64,000 nucleotides of DNA from Candidatus Bathyarchaeota archaeon (GTDB lineage Archaea > Thermoproteota > Bathyarchaeia > TCS64). Both the position numbers and the translations under genes were made by a program. The stretch is from assembly GCA_016930055.1 (NCBI GenBank), contig JAFGHP010000083.1, positions 15,138 through 79,137 of the forward strand, in the 5' to 3' direction. Below, one piece after another: positions 35,930-45,431 of this stretch (within the stretch, counting starts at the first letter, position 1; each line of letters starts with the position of its first letter). Below the pieces are notes generated by a model. That model saw only the letters and a program-made list of their open reading frames with translations, was not told the DNA's origin and searched no databases.

Positions 35930-35930
35930 T

Positions 35931-37169
35931 TCAGTTTCTCAATACCCCTGCTCCAATTAATCTCCATCTACCACCAATTCTACGACTTATTGCTACGTGA
36001 TCAGTTTCTTCTCCACAGATAGGAATAGATAATTTTGCCTCTATGTAGTCTTTCTTTACTAAAGTAATGTCCGCCATAGTCTTTGAGGTTCCTACATTTA
36101 GTAGAAGTTTTTCTCCTTTAGCAATTTTAGCTACTGCTTCCTGTTCTTTACTACCAATAACGCTACTAAAAAGTTTAATATCAAGATTTAGCTCTTCACG
36201 AACAGGTGGTAACATGCCAGGTATTCCAGCAATACTTCCAACTAGACCATCTGATTTGGTTAAAGATGGATCAAGAGTTGTCCCAACACCTACAAGACCC
36301 CCAGGCAAAGCCTCTGAAACAGAACTATCTCCTATATATAAACTGGTAATTTCTGTAGTTAATTCTCTCATTTTGACTTTATTTTTCTCTCTAGTGGGTA
36401 AACCGGGGCGAATTTCTATTTCATCGCCTACTTTGAAGCTGCCTTGATAAATTGAACCTCCAAGAACCCCTCCCATCAGATCTTCAATTAATGTTCCTGG
36501 ATTATTCACATCGAAACTTCGAATAATATGCATTCGTGCAGGTTTATTTGGGTCTCTTTTAGGGGTTAGTAAATATTCTTGAATTGCTTGTAAAAGGAGA
36601 TCGATATTTAATTTATGTTGAGCGGAAACAGGGATTATTGGAGCATTTTCCGCAATACTTCCTTTTAAAAATTTTAATATATCAGTATAATTTCTAATCG
36701 CTTCGTCACGATTAACTAAATCGATTTTATTTTGGACCACAATAATGTTTTTTAAACCAATTATATCTATAGCTGCTAAGTGTTCGCGGGTTTGTGGTTG
36801 AGGACATTTTTCGTTTGCTGCTATAACTAATATGGCTCCATCCATAACTGCAGCTCCACTTAACATAGTGGCCATTAAAATCTCGTGACCTGGCGCATCA
36901 ACAAAACTGATTGCTCTCTTAAACTCAGTATCCGAACCGCATTTTGTACACTCTGGTGTTACAGAATAACAATCAGGTTCATCACATTCTTTACATTTAT
37001 AAATAGCAAAATCAGCATAACCTAATTTAATCGTAATGCCTCTTTTTAATTCTTCACTATGTTTTGAAGCCCATTCTCCTGTAAGAGCTTGAACTAGTGT
37101 TGTTTTACCATGGTCGACATGACCTATTGTACCAATATTAATTTCTGGCTGCTTTGGTAGTTTAGGGAT
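35931..37169 (-). CDS. eif2g: translation initiation factor 2 subunit gamma (aIF2-gamma)
   Basis: The ORF track starts at an internal Met (36875). The in-frame upstream part encodes PKQPEINIGTIGHVDHGKTTLVQALTGEWASKHSEELKRGITIKLGYADFAIYKCKECDEPDCY...APGHE (P-loop and Zn knuckle). No ATG/GTG/TTG lies between the stop at 37200-37202 and the P-loop. GGGAGG (37179-37184) is followed 9 nt later by ATC (37167-37169). Confidence 0.85.
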   Translation of the reverse strand: MPKLPKQPEINIGTIGHVDHGKTTLVQALTGEWASKHSEELKRGITIKLGYADFAIYKCKECDEPDCYSVTPECTKCGSDTEFKRAISFVDAPGHEILMATMLSGAAVMDGAILVIAANEKCPQPQTREHLAAIDIIGLKNIIVVQNKIDLVNRDEAIRNYTDILKFLKGSIAENAPIIPVSAQHKLNIDLLLQAIQEYLLTPKRDPNKPARMHIIRSFDVNNPGTLIEDLMGGVLGGSIYQGSFKVGDEIEIRPGLPTREKNKVKMRELTTEITSLYIGDSSVSEALPGGLVGVGTTLDPSLTKSDGLVGSIAGIPGMLPPVREELNLDIKLFSSVIGSKEQEAVAKIAKGEKLLLNVGTSKTMADITLVKKDYIEAKLSIPICGEETDHVAISRRIGGRWRLIGAGVLRN

Positions 37170-37362
37170 ATTTCTTCGCCTCCCTGAATCTAAATGCGAT
37201 TACTATATTACTTACACTTAAATACGTTTAGCATAACTCGATGTATATTTCTTGTTTAAAAAATACTTTTTTTAATAAAAAAAAGTATTAAAAATATGAA
37301 AATAGTGATTATTTTTATAATGATAATCGATGCATCTAAACGTAGAGTGGGAAGAGCAATAA

Positions 37363-38529
37363 TTGGATAATTATTTAATAATTTGGATAAGACTACTAAA
37401 TAGTTTAATAACCATTGCTTTTTTCCCATATTTATATTTTATTTATAAAAAAACAAAAAAACATTTTTATCTACTTTGGGGAGGAGGATTTTTACTTTAT
37501 GGTATAGGCATTATAATTAGATCAATTTTACCTACAATTGGTTTAGAAGAATCTTTAAATGCACAAATCTTTTCCTTTATTTTCACTTTATCGGGATTCA
37601 TTTTTATTATAGTTGGAATCGGGGATCTTACAAATAGGATAAAATTAATGTTATGCACTTCGATGAGCATACCATTATTTTTATCTTATTTATTTTTTAC
37701 ATCTAAACCATATGAAATTGGTAGAGCAATTTCATTAATTCCCTTCATATTCATTAGTATAAGTTTACTGTTAATTAGGAAAAACTATACTTCAAGTCTA
37801 GATTTGTTAACAATAGGATGGATAATATTAACAATTGACAATATTGGATTAGCTTTAGAATTGATTTCTGAGATATTCGTAGAAGTTTTTGCGGTCTTAG
37901 GTAAGATTATAATTTTTTTAGGTATGACTTACCCACGTTTTTCACTGCTTGTGGATGATTTTAAAAGATTCTTAATATCAGGTTTACCAAATAATTATAC
38001 CGAAAATAATTTAAAACATGTTATTTTAGTGAATTCTACTAATGCAAATCGTGAAGTAGAATTAAAATGGATTAAAGAACAAGTTGAAGAAAATAAAATT
38101 CATGGTATTCGTACAATTCTTATTTCATATCATGATTTAATTTCAATTAATGATATAAAAAATATTAGAATAGATCAAAAGGATCTTTATATTGTTCGAA
38201 TGTTAACTGGAGGAAGAATTCTGCAAGAAATATTTACTAAAGATTCTATGACTATTAACGATGATCTTAACGAACTTGATATTTTATTAAATGAAATTAT
38301 TGAATTCTCCAAAGAAAAAAAAATAAAATGTTCAGTTATTCTTTATACTCTTTCTTCACTTATTCATATTCATGGGTGGAAAAGAGTATATTCTTTCATG
38401 GTTTCAAAGTTTCAATATATTAAAGATAGTGAGATTCATGTGATTGCTTTTTATTACCCTCAAACACATGAAAATATTGCAGATATAGTAAAATTTGAAA
38501 AAATTGTAGATGATATTATTGATTTGTAA
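37363..38529 (+). CDS. membrane protein with cytoplasmic C-terminal domain (possible KaiC-associated sensor/anchor)
   Basis: The 388-aa ORF has about 6 predicted TM helices in its first 190 aa, followed by a 200-aa soluble domain. It lies upstream of a GH3-like ligase and a KaiC-like ATPase. Confidence 0.45.
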   Translation: MDNYLIIWIRLLNSLITIAFFPYLYFIYKKTKKHFYLLWGGGFLLYGIGIIIRSILPTIGLEESLNAQIFSFIFTLSGFIFIIVGIGDLTNRIKLMLCTSMSIPLFLSYLFFTSKPYEIGRAISLIPFIFISISLLLIRKNYTSSLDLLTIGWIILTIDNIGLALELISEIFVEVFAVLGKIIIFLGMTYPRFSLLVDDFKRFLISGLPNNYTENNLKHVILVNSTNANREVELKWIKEQVEENKIHGIRTILISYHDLISINDIKNIRIDQKDLYIVRMLTGGRILQEIFTKDSMTINDDLNELDILLNEIIEFSKEKKIKCSVILYTLSSLIHIHGWKRVYSFMVSKFQYIKDSEIHVIAFYYPQTHENIADIVKFEKIVDDIIDL

Positions 38530-38554
38530 ACATTCGAGGTGTGAGAGATAATCG

Positions 38555-39979
38555 ATGTCAACATTAATTAAAAAAATTTTTGTTAAAACTTTAGAAAAAT
38601 ATGCTTTAAGATTTACTTCAAAAAAGAAAATTAGTGAAGAAATTACTAAAAATATTTCAGAAAAATTAAAAAAAGCTTCAAATTCAACACTAGGGAAAGA
38701 ATTAGGGATTTCTTATAATTCAAATATAGATAAATTACCATTAACAAATTATGGTTTTTATCAAAAATATTTCGAATTTCCGAATTCTAATAGTTTATTA
38801 TATCCAATAAATGATTATGTAAAAGTATCTACTAGTGGAACTATGGGAAAACCTAAAAGTTTCCTCGTTCCAAAACCTGCTTTAACAGATAATATGCAAA
38901 AAACAGGGTTTTCTAACCTTTTCCTTTATACTCATGATGGTGAAAAAGTGACATTTGAGTATGGAGATGTAGTTTATACGAATACTCCTGGAGGAAATCA
39001 CCTTGCAGCATACAATTCAGAGATTGGAGCTAAACAAAATAAGGGTCTAGTTAAATTATGTCCAGACATTAATCTTCTTTTTAAAGATAAAGTTGAGTTC
39101 TTTATTGAAAATTATAATAAAATTGATGTAGCTTACATGCCAGTAACCACATTGATTGATGATGTTTATCCAAAAATTGGGCATCCATTTAAATTGAAAG
39201 GGTTCATAACACAAGACAGTTCTGCATGTTTTCTGAAAGAAGAAATAAAGAAAATTATTGGAAGTTACCCAAAAGTAACTTATGGTTCAACTGAAACATT
39301 AGCTTCAACTATGCCTTCAATAGAAAATCCTGGTTCTTTCTTTTTTGATTGGAGGGTATTATTTATAGAGTTAATTCCCGAAAAAGACCAGATAAAAACT
39401 GATTTCCAAACTCTAAAGGAACCCAAAGAAACATTATCTTTTTTAGATGCAGAAGTAAATAAAAAATATCAAGTTGTAGCAACTCTCTATAAAACAGATT
39501 TAACAAGATATGTAATGCCAGATATAATTGAATGCACCTGTATAGGTGACGATGTTTTAGGTTTAGAAACTCCAGTCTTTAAATATTATTCTAGATCGGA
39601 TAAAATCATTAATTTACATAATTTTACTAGGATTGGAGAACCTGAAATGTTAGAAGTCTTACTAGCATCAGGGATTAAATTCGTGGATTTTGTCGTATCT
39701 AGAGAAGTTGAAGGTTCTAGAGAGTATATGATATTATATATTGAAACGGATTCTAAAATAGATGAAACAGATCTTTATAGGGCTATTGATGAAGAGCTTA
39801 CGACTTTTGATAAAGATTGGAGAGATCTAAAGAATTACTTTAATTATTATCCTTTAAAAATCAGATTTTTACCAAAGGGAAGTTTCAATAGATATTTATC
39901 TAATAAAAAAGGTATGCCTTCTATTGACCGTATTGGTATGAAAGAAGAAAATTTAAAACAATTATTAAAACAGGATTAA
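38555..39979 (+). CDS. GH3/ANL-superfamily adenylate-forming enzyme (putative)
   Basis: The 474-aa ORF has a VSTSGTMGKPKSF motif (ANL motif A3-like) and a YGSTE motif (A5-like), plus GH3-like length. Confidence 0.5.
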   Translation: MSTLIKKIFVKTLEKYALRFTSKKKISEEITKNISEKLKKASNSTLGKELGISYNSNIDKLPLTNYGFYQKYFEFPNSNSLLYPINDYVKVSTSGTMGKPKSFLVPKPALTDNMQKTGFSNLFLYTHDGEKVTFEYGDVVYTNTPGGNHLAAYNSEIGAKQNKGLVKLCPDINLLFKDKVEFFIENYNKIDVAYMPVTTLIDDVYPKIGHPFKLKGFITQDSSACFLKEEIKKIIGSYPKVTYGSTETLASTMPSIENPGSFFFDWRVLFIELIPEKDQIKTDFQTLKEPKETLSFLDAEVNKKYQVVATLYKTDLTRYVMPDIIECTCIGDDVLGLETPVFKYYSRSDKIINLHNFTRIGEPEMLEVLLASGIKFVDFVVSREVEGSREYMILYIETDSKIDETDLYRAIDEELTTFDKDWRDLKNYFNYYPLKIRFLPKGSFNRYLSNKKGMPSIDRIGMKEENLKQLLKQD

Positions 39980-40692
39980 ACTAAGACTGGTTCTTTATTA
40001 AAAACTTCGAAACCACGATAAGTAATTGAATATCTTCTAGGTTGTTCGTCATATTTTATTCCGCGCATTTTATCTACTCTTATTGTTTTTATTAAATTAT
40101 ATTCTCTTAGATCTTTATTCAATAAGATTACTCCATCAGCTAGAAATTGTTCCATATAGAAATCTCCTTCCTGTGGACTTGTTTCTGATGTTACTATAAC
40201 ATTACATCTTATCTTTCTTAATTCTTCAAACAATTCACTAATTAAGAATCGTTTTCGTCCAGAACGAGACTCATGAATCACGAGACTTGTTAAAGGGTCT
40301 ATTACTACATTTTTTGCTTTAGTTATCTTAATTGTATCTAGCAATTTTGTTATTGATAAATTAATTAGCTCATCAGATTCTTTGTCTCTATTTTTATTTG
40401 AACCAATTTCCGGTCGGGTAAATAAATCAAGTGTTATAAGTAGACCCTTCATCTCCCAACCAGTTAGATCCCATCCAAAGGAAGCGGTGTTTTTTTTCAT
40501 ACTTTCAATTGGCTCCTCAAGGCTAGCATAGACGCATATTTCTCCTCTATGAAGCGCTTTGATCAAGTATTGTATAGAAAATACTGTTTTACCTGTTCCA
40601 GGTCCACCACATAAAAGGGTGATTTTACTTTCTGGAAATCCTCCCCCAAGCATTTCATCTAATCCTAATATCCCAGTTGGAATGAAGTTCAT
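39976..40692 (-). CDS. KaiC-like RecA-superfamily ATPase (single domain)
   Basis: The 238-aa ORF has GILGLDEMLGGGFPE, a Walker A GGPGTGKT and a Walker B hydrophobic-D (NVVIDPL), the same arrangement as archaeal KaiC-like ATPases. Confidence 0.8.
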   Translation of the reverse strand: MNFIPTGILGLDEMLGGGFPESKITLLCGGPGTGKTVFSIQYLIKALHRGEICVYASLEEPIESMKKNTASFGWDLTGWEMKGLLITLDLFTRPEIGSNKNRDKESDELINLSITKLLDTIKITKAKNVVIDPLTSLVIHESRSGRKRFLISELFEELRKIRCNVIVTSETSPQEGDFYMEQFLADGVILLNKDLREYNLIKTIRVDKMRGIKYDEQPRRYSITYRGFEVFNKEPVLV

Positions 40693-40865
40693 TTAATCAC
40701 CTTAATTTTAACGGAATTATCTTAGGAGAATAATAACTAATACAAATATATTTCTAAAATATATAAAGCCTTTATGCTATTAGTAAAAGTTAAGTTAATT
40801 GAAAATATGATTATAATTGCGAAAGGGATGAGGTTCTATTAAGAACCAAAGTAATAGGTGTCGCT

Positions 40866-41468
40866 TTGAATAAGATCAAACATATTAAATATAAACCAAT
40901 ACCTGTGAGAGATACTCTAATTGAAATAAAAGATGTTTCTGAGTTAATGTTAGATCTTGCATATTCTGCAGCACTCTTTAATAATGTACAATTAGCAGAA
41001 GAAGTTATTCAGTTAGAAAAAAAAATTGATGATTTACAATACCAGTTAAATATGAATTTAATGTTAATAACGCATAATCCGAAAGATGCTGAAGCATTAG
41101 CGGGAGTACAAAGAGTTGGAAGTTTAGCAAACACAATATCTGACGCTGCTGGAGATATTGCTAAAATTGTTTTAAAAGGATTAAATGTTCATCCAATAGC
41201 TCAAAAAGCATTTGAATTAACTGAAGAAAAATTAGATTTAATGTTTGTTTCAGAAAACTCGATAATTATTGGTCATACAGTAGACGAATTACATTTGGCT
41301 AGAAAAATAGGTGCAGATATAATTGCAATTAGAAGAGGTCAACATTGGTTAATTAACCCTGGAAAAGAGATGATTATGCCTGAGGATATGATAATAGCTA
41401 GAGGAACATTTTCGGGACTGGAAGTTTTAAAGAAAGCATCAACGGGAGAGATAGATATTATTGAGTGA
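40866..41468 (+). CDS. PhoU-like / TrkA-C (RCK_C) domain regulatory protein, paralog 1
   Basis: The 200-aa ORF has an N-terminal helical PhoU-like region and a C-terminal TrkA_C-like barrel (..IIAIRRGQHWLINPGKEMIMPEDMIIARG). Confidence 0.55.
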   Translation: MNKIKHIKYKPIPVRDTLIEIKDVSELMLDLAYSAALFNNVQLAEEVIQLEKKIDDLQYQLNMNLMLITHNPKDAEALAGVQRVGSLANTISDAAGDIAKIVLKGLNVHPIAQKAFELTEEKLDLMFVSENSIIIGHTVDELHLARKIGADIIAIRRGQHWLINPGKEMIMPEDMIIARGTFSGLEVLKKASTGEIDIIE

Positions 41469-42054
41469 TGACGTTAATCGTATAGAAAAAGCAACCCAAA
41501 TTCTCGTAGAATTAAAAGATACGTCTGAATTAATGATGGATTTAGCCTATTCTTCAATTCTGTTAAATAATTCGTACTTAGCCGAAGAAGTTCAAATACT
41601 TATGGAAAAAATGAGCCAACTTCATTTCGATTTTGATTATATAATTTTGTCATGTAAAATAGAAAAAGATGATGTTGGTGGTTTAATAGGTCTACTTAGA
41701 ATTGGAACAGCTTCAGAAAAAATTGCAGATGCTGCTTCAGAAATAGCACAAATTGTTTTAAGAGGAATTGAACCCCATCCAGTTTTATCTATGGTTATAC
41801 AAGAAGCCGAAGAAACAGTGGAGAGAGTTACTGTTCCAGAAGGATCTCCAATAGTTAATAAGACATTAAAAGAAAGTCAAATTCCTGAAGAAACAGGTAT
41901 GTGGGTTTTAGCTATCCGCCGTGGGGATAGATGGATTCGACCTAAAGCAAATACAGTAATTGAAGCGAGGGACATCATTGTTGCAGCAGGTTATGCTGAT
42001 GGAGAAACCGATTTCAAACAATTAATTTGTGGGTGTGAAAACCCCTTAGACTAA
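41461..42054 (+). CDS. PhoU-like / TrkA-C (RCK_C) domain regulatory protein, paralog 2
   Basis: The 197-aa ORF is collinear with the preceding ORF (IELKDTSELMMDLAYSSILLNN..., VLAIRRGDRWIRPKANTVIEARDIIVAAG) and overlaps it by 8 nt. Confidence 0.55.
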   Translation: MSDDVNRIEKATQILVELKDTSELMMDLAYSSILLNNSYLAEEVQILMEKMSQLHFDFDYIILSCKIEKDDVGGLIGLLRIGTASEKIADAASEIAQIVLRGIEPHPVLSMVIQEAEETVERVTVPEGSPIVNKTLKESQIPEETGMWVLAIRRGDRWIRPKANTVIEARDIIVAAGYADGETDFKQLICGCENPLD

Positions 42055-42068
42055 TTTTAAAAAATTTT

Positions 42069-42461
42069 TTAATCAGTACTAACTGATTCGAGTTTGCTAT
42101 CCGTTTTTTTACGACTTTTAGGTTGTTCAGTGATCATTAGATTTAAAAATTTAATATCGGTACTAACCATATTTCCTCGAATTACTTTTCTCTTACGTTC
42201 ACCTTTTGTTTTTGGGTGGTATCCAACTCCTTCACTTAGGATCGGGGATATTTTTACACTCCCATGTATATCTGTTCTCATTGGTATACCATCTTTATCA
42301 TTTCCTCCAGTGATTTTTAATTTATAACCTGGCATATTAGCTATATTTCCATCAATTATTTCTCCAATTCGCTTACCAATAAGGGGGCTATACCTAGAAT
42401 CTTCTAAATCGATCTTTTGACTTTTTCCTGTTGAGGGATCCGATACTATGAGTGTTGGCAT
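42069..42461 (-). CDS. rps6e: 30S ribosomal protein S6e
   Basis: 130-aa ORF with the S6e signature (KLKITGGNDKDGIPM...). Confidence 0.9.
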   Translation of the reverse strand: MPTLIVSDPSTGKSQKIDLEDSRYSPLIGKRIGEIIDGNIANMPGYKLKITGGNDKDGIPMRTDIHGSVKISPILSEGVGYHPKTKGERKRKVIRGNMVSTDIKFLNLMITEQPKSRKKTDSKLESVSTD

Positions 42462-42471
42462 TTTTATTCAC

Positions 42472-44259
42472 CTATATTGCCCATAAGGGGTCTTTTTTCC
42501 TTTTTATTTGAATTAGTTCCTCGAGGGTTTTATTAGCATTCTCCGTCAAGCGTGTTACGAATTTTTGTCGTAACATCCTGACATCCTTCTCTGGAACGTC
42601 TACGTACAGAACATCTTTCTCTTTTATATGTCTACCTACGATTGGGGTAGGCATTGACACTGCTACTTCTTTTCCTTCATCGGCTTTGGATATAGGTTGT
42701 CCTTGATCTTGCATTTGAGTCAATTTTCCTAACCCTTCATTTTCTCTATTTATCATTGGTACATTTGAGTATAGTACACCTGCTTCAACTTTTGCACCAA
42801 AAATAGCAGGTTTTGCACGTCGAAAAATAAAACCTTCCATTACTTGTATTTTAGCGGGTTGAATTAAACTATTAAATTCTTTTCGTGCTTTAGCTTCACG
42901 TTCTTCCTCAATCCATCGGACATAATCATCAATGATATTATAAATTATTACTCCTTTGAACACTTTGATTCTTTGTGATTCAGCTTCTGATTCAGCATCT
43001 GGTAATGTTTTTACATTGAATGCAAGAATTGCACCATATAATGGATCTTCATATTTTACACTTAAAGCCTCTAAAACATCACGCCGACTAACATCACCAA
43101 TATCAGCTAATCTTATAGGAATATCTCTTGCACGTATGCTTTCAACAAGTGCTTCTAAACTTCCAAGCGTATCAGTTTTTACTATTACACCGGTTCGATC
43201 CGCTTTAATTTTAACACTATCAACTTCTTGATTTACATCAGCTATTGCTTTTTCAAGAGTAATATCATCACCAACTGCAATAAGAGGAGTACCAGGTAAA
43301 GCGTCTTCAATAGAAGGAGCAGCAATTTTAATACCAGAAGCAGCGTGTACTTCTTGAATTATATTAAATTTCTTTTTTGGGTCTCTAATTTCATCAAGTG
43401 GCTGAGGCATAAGTAAAGCTCTAATTTTTGTTACAATAGGTCCATTTTTCCCACCAATGACAATTGTGTCTTCTTGATGTAATATCCCGTCATAAATTAT
43501 TGCATTAAGCGTAATTCCTAAACCTACTTCTTCACGAACTTCAAGGACAGTGCCTAAAGCAGATCCATCAGTAACTCTTAATTTATCTTGCATGTATTGT
43601 TGAGTTAAACCAATTAAAACCGCTAATAAGTCACCTACACCTTCACCAGTTTTTGCACTTACAGGAACCATTGCTATTGATCGAGTAAAATCACGAACCC
43701 GATCATAACGTTCACTATAAAAACCTTCACGACTCAGCGTCCCCATCATCTGATAGAGACGATTATCAAGATCTTCTTTAACAAGAGGAAGTTGTTCATT
43801 ATAACTCTGTAGAAATGCAGTGTTTTCTTTAGAACGCCAGCCTTCAATTCTATCTATTTTATTCGCAGCAATGATAAAAGGTGTTTTTCTACTTTTCAAA
43901 ATATTTAAAGATTCATATGTTTGGTTTTCAAATCCGTGCATAACATCTACAACTAAGATGGCGATATCAGCAACACTACCTCCTCGTCTACGAAGATTGG
44001 CAAATGCTTCGTGACCCGGGGTATCAACAACTAAAAGTCCTGGAATCTGAACATTTACTTTAAAATTTTTAACTAATTGTTGTGTTATAGCAACTAAAGT
44101 ATCGAAAGGGAAGTAACTTGCTCCAATTTGCTGTGTCATTCCTCCTGCTTCACGTAACTGAACCGCAGTACCACGAATTTTATCTAACAAACTAGTTTTT
44201 CCTGTATCAACGTGTCCTAGCATACAAACAATTGGCTGACGAATTACCATACACGACAC
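42472..44259 (-). CDS. infB: translation initiation factor aIF5B (IF-2 homolog)
   Basis: The 595-aa ORF has a G domain (GHVDTGKTSLLD, DTPGH, NKID) followed by beta-barrel domains. Confidence 0.9.
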   Translation of the reverse strand: MSCMVIRQPIVCMLGHVDTGKTSLLDKIRGTAVQLREAGGMTQQIGASYFPFDTLVAITQQLVKNFKVNVQIPGLLVVDTPGHEAFANLRRRGGSVADIAILVVDVMHGFENQTYESLNILKSRKTPFIIAANKIDRIEGWRSKENTAFLQSYNEQLPLVKEDLDNRLYQMMGTLSREGFYSERYDRVRDFTRSIAMVPVSAKTGEGVGDLLAVLIGLTQQYMQDKLRVTDGSALGTVLEVREEVGLGITLNAIIYDGILHQEDTIVIGGKNGPIVTKIRALLMPQPLDEIRDPKKKFNIIQEVHAASGIKIAAPSIEDALPGTPLIAVGDDITLEKAIADVNQEVDSVKIKADRTGVIVKTDTLGSLEALVESIRARDIPIRLADIGDVSRRDVLEALSVKYEDPLYGAILAFNVKTLPDAESEAESQRIKVFKGVIIYNIIDDYVRWIEEEREAKARKEFNSLIQPAKIQVMEGFIFRRAKPAIFGAKVEAGVLYSNVPMINRENEGLGKLTQMQDQGQPISKADEGKEVAVSMPTPIVGRHIKEKDVLYVDVPEKDVRMLRQKFVTRLTENANKTLEELIQIKRKKDPLWAI

Positions 44260-44355
44260 CTGTCCTTTGCTTAGAAACTCTTCCTATTAACTTATTCTTA
44301 TTTTAAAAAGAACTATGTTTTTAGAAATAAATTTAATATAATAGATAATTTTTAT

Positions 44356-45225
44356 TTAAGTCAATTTTTTAACTAATTCTAATAGTTTTTCTTTACGGGA
44401 AGAATTTTCGATTGTATTCAGAGAATCGTTTATTACTTTTAAAGCTTCATTATAATATTCTTTAGATTTCTTTTTATCTCCTTTTTCGAAATATAAGCCT
44501 CCAATCCTGCGTAAATTTCTAAAATGTTTTATTTTTTCATCCTCTGAATAATTATTATAATTAATTTTATTACTGTGCAAATTTTTAATATAATTTAAAT
44601 TTTTATTTAGTATATCTAAATTGTTTGATGGTAAATCATGACCTGAAATAATAATTGATGGATTAATATTCAAATATTCTTCAAGACTTGATTGCCAATC
44701 TTTTAAATTTAAAAGATTCACTTGAGGGAAAGGTAATTCTAAATTATCACCAACAAATAATACTTTATCAACCTGATCAAAGCAACTAGCACTATCACCA
44801 GTATGACCTGGAGTGTAATTAAATTCAACCTCATCATAAGTTAGAATGATTTTTTTTCTAAAAAGAAGATTTGGTGGAGTTATTTTAACGTCTCCTTTTT
44901 TTATTTTTCCATATAATTCCAATGATTGCTTACCTTGAGCTTTAATCCTTTTATACGCTGAGTCGTGTGCAATTATTAAATCGTTAACAAATTCTTGATT
45001 GCCCCAATAATGATCATAATCTGCATGGCTGTTAAAAACTATAAAGGATTTACCATAAACCTCCTCTTCAATTAATCTCTTTTTAATTTCAATAATCGCA
45101 TTTGGACCAAGAAAAGTATCTAAAAAAATTATATGCTTTTTACCATTTATCACATATACATTTGTGAGGTATGGTTCATTAAAAGTAAATAGATGCCCAC
45201 GAGTACCTACTTTTTGATATTCCAT
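44356..45225 (-). CDS. metallo-beta-lactamase fold hydrolase
   Basis: The 289-aa ORF has an HADYDH (HxHxDH) motif and downstream His/Asp ligands. Confidence 0.7.
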   Translation of the reverse strand: MEYQKVGTRGHLFTFNEPYLTNVYVINGKKHIIFLDTFLGPNAIIEIKKRLIEEEVYGKSFIVFNSHADYDHYWGNQEFVNDLIIAHDSAYKRIKAQGKQSLELYGKIKKGDVKITPPNLLFRKKIILTYDEVEFNYTPGHTGDSASCFDQVDKVLFVGDNLELPFPQVNLLNLKDWQSSLEEYLNINPSIIISGHDLPSNNLDILNKNLNYIKNLHSNKINYNNYSEDEKIKHFRNLRRIGGLYFEKGDKKKSKEYYNEALKVINDSLNTIENSSRKEKLLELVKKLT

Positions 45226-45259
45226 ATCAATAATAAAATAATGTCCAATTTAATAAAAG

Positions 45260-45333
45260 ATGGGCCGGGCCGGACTTGAACCGGCGACCTCCGCGGTGTG
45301 AACGCGGCGTTCCACCAAGCTAGACTACCGGCC
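45260..45333 (-). tRNA. tRNA-Val (anticodon CAC)
   Basis: The GC-rich 74-nt minus-strand sequence is GGGCCGGTAGTCTAGCTTGGTGGAACGCCGCGTTCACACCGCGGAGGTCGCCGGTTCAAGTCCGGCCCGGCCCA. It has a 7-bp acceptor stem, a 5-bp anticodon stem with loop UUCACAC (CAC anticodon) and a T-arm GCCGG/TTCAAGT/CCGGC. CCA is not encoded and there is no intron. Confidence 0.75.
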
Positions 45334-45431
45334 CACAACACATGTAGCTAAAGAAACAAAATAAATTCCTTTTCATAAAAATTAAATTGTAAAGTCAATT
45401 TTCATTAATTAGAACAAAAGATTGTTTAAAA

